A DNA stretch of 63,922 nt, the filler included, from Collodictyon triciliatum (Eukaryota): NCBI GenBank assembly GCA_043381765.1. It is 6 parts of 6 records of this genome, joined end to end, with 100 filler letters (N's around TTAATTAATTAA, not from the genome) between each part and the next. Parts side by side here need not be neighbours in the genome. Positions count along the whole stretch, not along the records: positions 62,029 to 63,922 come from JBHJMP010002193.1; 5 more parts are not named here. One strand, written 5' to 3'. A program made the translations under genes and the position numbers. The notes beneath the pieces were generated by a model. It saw only the letters and a program-made list of their open reading frames with translations. It did not search any database and had not been told where the DNA came from. Below are positions 62,029 to 63,922 of the stretch, in pieces (the first letter of the stretch is position 1; the number at the start of each line of letters is the position of its first letter).

Positions 62029-63922
62029 CTGGGCGCACTTCTCCAAGAACCTCTGCGACGGACATCGGCTTGACAGCGAGAAAGATAATCTACGAGTTAT
62101 GCGCGTGAGGCCAGGGTGCTTAGTTAGATGAAGTAAATAAGAATAAAAAAAGAGAATAAAAAAAAGAGAATAAAAAAAAGAGAATAAAAAAAAGAGAAAA
62201 AAAAAAAAAGGAAAAAAAAAAAAGAGAAAAAAAAAAAAGAGAATAAAAAAAAAGAAATAAAAAAAAGAGAATAAAAAAAAGAGAATAAAAAAAAAGAGAA
62301 TAAAAAAAAGAGAATAAAAAAAGAGAGGGAATAAAAAAAAGAGACATGAAATTAAAGAGAATTAAAAAAGAGAATAAAATAAGTATCTAAAAAAAAGAGA
62401 ATAAAAAAAGAGAATAAAAAAAGAGAATAAAAAAGAGAATAAAAAAAAGAAATAAAAAAGAGAATAAAAAGAGAATTAAAAAATGAGAATTAAAAGAGAA
62501 TACAAACAAAAGAGAATAAAAAAGAAATAAAAAAAGAGAATAAAAAAAAGATAAAAAGAGAATAAAAAAAAGAGAAATAAAAATAAAGATAAAAAAAGAG
62601 GAATAAAAAAAGAGGAATAAAAAAAAGAGAAATAAAAAAAGAGAATAAAAAAAAGAGAATAAAAAAAAAAAAGGAATAAAAAAAGAGAATAAAAAAAAGA
62701 GAATAAAAAAAAGAGAATAAAAAAAGAGAATAAAAAAAGAGAATAAAAAAAAGAGGAATAAAAAAAGAAGAATAAAAAAAGAGAATAAAAAAAGAGAATA
62801 AAAAAAGAGATAAAAAAGAGAATAAAAAAAGAGAATAAAAAAAGAGAATAAAAAAGACGAATAGAAAAAAGAGAATAAAAAAAGAGAATCAAAATAGTAA
62901 AGAATAAAAAAGAGGTAATAAAAATAAGATTTATATGTTAAGATAATAGAGAATAAAAAAAGAGAGATATAAAAGAAGGAGAGATGGTAGATATATTATA
63001 AAAAAAAAGAGAATAAAAAAAGACGAATAAAAAGAGATAAAAACAAGAGAATAAGAGAAAAAGAGAATAAAAAGGCATATAAGTAAAGAGGAATTGTGGA
63101 GAGAATAAGTTGAGAGGGGAAGAGGGGGTGGTGTGGAATAAGAGAGAGGAAGTAGGTAATAAAAAAAAGAGAACTAAAAAAAAGAAATAAAAAAAAGAGA
63201 TATAAAAAGAGAATAAAAAAAGAGAATAAAAAAAAGAGAAATAAAAAATAGAGAAAAAAAAATGGAAAAAAAAAAAGAAAAAAAAAAGAGAATAAAAAAA
63301 GAATAAAAAGAATATAAAAAGGAATAAAAAAAGAGAAATAAATAAATGAGAATAAAAACGAGAATAAGAAAAAGAGAATAAAAAAAGAATAAAAAAGAGA
63401 ATAAAAAAAGAGAATAAAAAAAGAGAATAAAAAAAAGAAAGAAAAAAAAGACGAATAAAAAAAGAAGAATAAAAAAAAAAGGAGAATAAAAAACAGAGAA
63501 TAATAAAAAGAGAATAAAAAGAGAATTAAAAAAGAAATAAAAAAGAAATAAAAAAGAGGGAATCAAACACAAGAGAATAAAAAAACAGCAATAAAAAAAA
63601 AAAGAGAATTCAAAACAAAAAAGAATAAAAAAAAGAGAATAAAAAACAGAATAAAAAAAGAGCAATAAAAAAAGAGATAAAAAAAAAGAAATAAAAAAGA
63701 GAATAAAAAGAGAATAAAAAAGAAAGAATAAAATAAAAAAGAGAATAAAAAGAGAATAAAAAAAAGGAAATATACAAAAAGGCGAGAACAGACCAGACTG
63801 AAAAACTTGCTCTTCCTCTGCACGCTTCACGCTGTTCTTAGTCGCCACAACGCCGAGCTTACGAAAAACTTCCAGCCGCTTCTCGTTGATGTCGCTCACT
63901 ATCACGCTCCCCGCAGCCACAT
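62029..63922 (-). CDS. PYCR: Pyrroline-5-carboxylate reductase, internal fragment (two exons)
   Basis: VIVSDINEKRLEVFRKLGVVATKN...Q spliced (intron about 63806-62090) to IIFLAVKPMSVAEVL. Confidence 0.8.
62135..63770. repeat. Degenerate (AAAAAAGAGAAT)n minisatellite filling the PYCR intron
   Basis: Direct observation. Confidence 0.9.

Overview
Eukaryotic, AT-rich, intron-dense (GT-AG) protist-type DNA using the standard genetic code. It is not one continuous locus: five artificial 100-nt linkers (N44-TTAATTAATTAA-N44) join six scaffolds. Manual splicing recovers these genes: a membrane protein with a C-terminal RING; a very large NLR/STAND-like gene (CH-like, DUF4062, NACHT-type NTPase, TPR, pentapeptide, 13x WD40, Sel1) and the 5' end of a DUF4062 paralogue; an intronless internally duplicated multi-TM protein; an HRD1/AMFR-like ligase; RPL7A; a COX5c/Cox9-like subunit; a BIN4-like topoisomerase VI accessory subunit; an RBR ligase; an ARM protein; OSTC; a PKA regulatory subunit; a Kelch/CUB receptor with a kinase-pseudocyclase-kinase tail; a METTL7-like methyltransferase; and PYCR. 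Two observations stand out. (1) The NLR-like receptor carries two differently built repeat modules: one TPR per symmetric 126-nt phase-2 exon, and an intronless WD40 array with variation concentrated at HET-E-like positions. (2) Several ultra-short (21-44 nt) A-tailed insertions with 15-23 bp target-site duplications occur alongside decayed LINE ORF1-like copies. All family assignments are motif recognition by eye; no database searches were run.
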